From contig JBIMKD010000236.1 of assembly GCA_043673815.1 (NCBI GenBank), forward strand, positions 1 through 58,780: a stretch of DNA of 58,780 nucleotides. Direction: 5' to 3'. Below the pieces are notes generated by a model, which made no database searches, was not told the DNA's origin, and was given only the letters and a program-made list of their open reading frames with translations. Position numbers and translations under genes: made by a program. This stretch comes from Chromatiales bacterium (GTDB lineage: Bacteria; Pseudomonadota; Gammaproteobacteria; JACCXJ01). Shown here in pieces: positions 58,292 through 58,780 of the stretch; the stretch's first letter is position 1; each line of letters begins with the position of its first letter.

Positions 58292-58344
58292 AACAGAGTA
58301 GCAAGCCTAGCAATCCATCAACTCGGACTGCCAAACGAGACGCA

Positions 58345-58391
58345 GCGAGCGGGATGCGCAGTAGATTGATTCACAAGCTCTGAGGAGACAC
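58345..58391. repeat. Direct repeat, right copy
   Basis: See 57522-57566. It ends exactly where formate dehydrogenase alpha similarity begins. Confidence 0.75.
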
Positions 58392-58780
58392 TCGGCCGCC
58401 AAGCCATCGATCCGCCGGGCGATGCCCGTCAGGATCTCTGGATCATTGAAGAAATGGGTCGCGGCTTGGGTCTCGATTGGTCCTATTCCGGCCCGGCCGA
58501 AGTCTTCGCGGAGATCCGCAAGGTATGTCCCAGCATGGCCGGGATCACCTGGGAGCGTTTGGAGAAAGAGGATTCGGTCACCTATCCCTGCGAACAGGAA
58601 GGAGACCCCGGCGAGCCCATCCTGTTTCAAGACGGATTCCCCACCAAGAGCGGTAAAGGCCGATTCGTGCCCGCGGCTTACACCAAAGCCGCCGAGCTTC
58701 CCGATCACGATTATCCCTTCGTGTTCCTGACCGGCCGTCAGTTGGAACACTGGCATACGGGGAGCATGACGCGGCGCTCC
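58391..58780 (+). pseudogene. Internal/C-terminal fragment of a molybdopterin formate dehydrogenase alpha subunit (runs off the window)
   Basis: Own translation [67 protein letters not shown]...[39 protein letters not shown]. There is an in-frame stop at 58367-58369 and no upstream Fe-S or Mo-binding portion. Confidence 0.8.

Noticed and set aside
58069-58383. 104-aa ORF as an intact HicA-like protein
   Set aside because: HicA similarity is split over three frames, and the C-terminal 60 residues of this ORF are frameshift read-through.
57501-58391. Integron gene-cassette (attC) interpretation of the 45-nt direct repeats
   Set aside because: No RYYYAAC/GTTRRRY core sites or internal imperfect palindrome are seen in the repeat. 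There is no intI in the window, and one repeat abuts an internal gene fragment rather than a cassette boundary.
58307-58756. 149-aa minus-strand ORF
   Set aside because: It is antisense to the formate dehydrogenase alpha fragment, which has strong family resemblance.

Overview
This is a GC-rich proteobacterial chromosomal segment. The surE-pcm-nlpD-rpoS and argD-argF synteny is gammaproteobacterial in type. An fhcBADC (H4MPT-linked formyltransferase/hydrolase) cluster and formate dehydrogenase remnants suggest a methylotroph-like C1 metabolism. No rRNA, tRNA or CRISPR array was recognised.

Contents in order:
- 1-3.3 kb: partial cfa-like methyltransferase, secreted cupin, acs.
- 3.4-23.8 kb: accessory block bracketed by two same-orientation remnants of one IS end. 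It holds a lipid-carrier glycosylation module (DUF2079-like protein, SAM methyltransferase, GtrA-like stub, GtrB-like GT2, GT-C-like protein), a decayed sigma-54 activator gene, and a complete Tad/Flp pilus locus (flp, tadV, an unusual AAA+ ATPase, rcpC, rcpA, lipoprotein, tadG/E/F-like, tadZABCD).
- 23.8-27.7 kb: beta-barrel outer membrane protein, BrnTA, mtaD-like deaminase, ParE/RHH.
- 27.8-32.7 kb: orphan heme-oxygenase-like enzyme, then the full homogentisate pathway operon (hpd-hmgA-fahA-maiA).
- 32.9-37.7 kb: 2-oxoacid dehydrogenase E1 alpha/beta with no E2, a very high-GC3 APC permease, a HupE/UreJ remnant and a lipoprotein.
- 38.3-43.7 kb: argD, argF, surE, pcm, nlpD, rpoS.
- 43.7-49.2 kb: methyltransferase, TPR membrane protein, delta-9-type desaturase, hflD and a 642-aa secreted protein with two CXXCH motifs.
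- 49.6-54.7 kb: fhcBADC, with a nested-palindrome REPIN-like element between fhcB and fhcA (an inverted copy lies upstream of the desaturase).
- 54.7-57.0 kb: lower-GC type II restriction-modification pair.
- 57.0-58.8 kb: GGCT-like gene, then a formate dehydrogenase locus reduced to a beta-subunit N-terminal stub and an alpha-subunit C-terminal piece. These are separated by hicB/frameshifted hicA and framed by a 45-nt direct repeat.

All functional calls rest on by-eye motif and family recognition. No database search was run.
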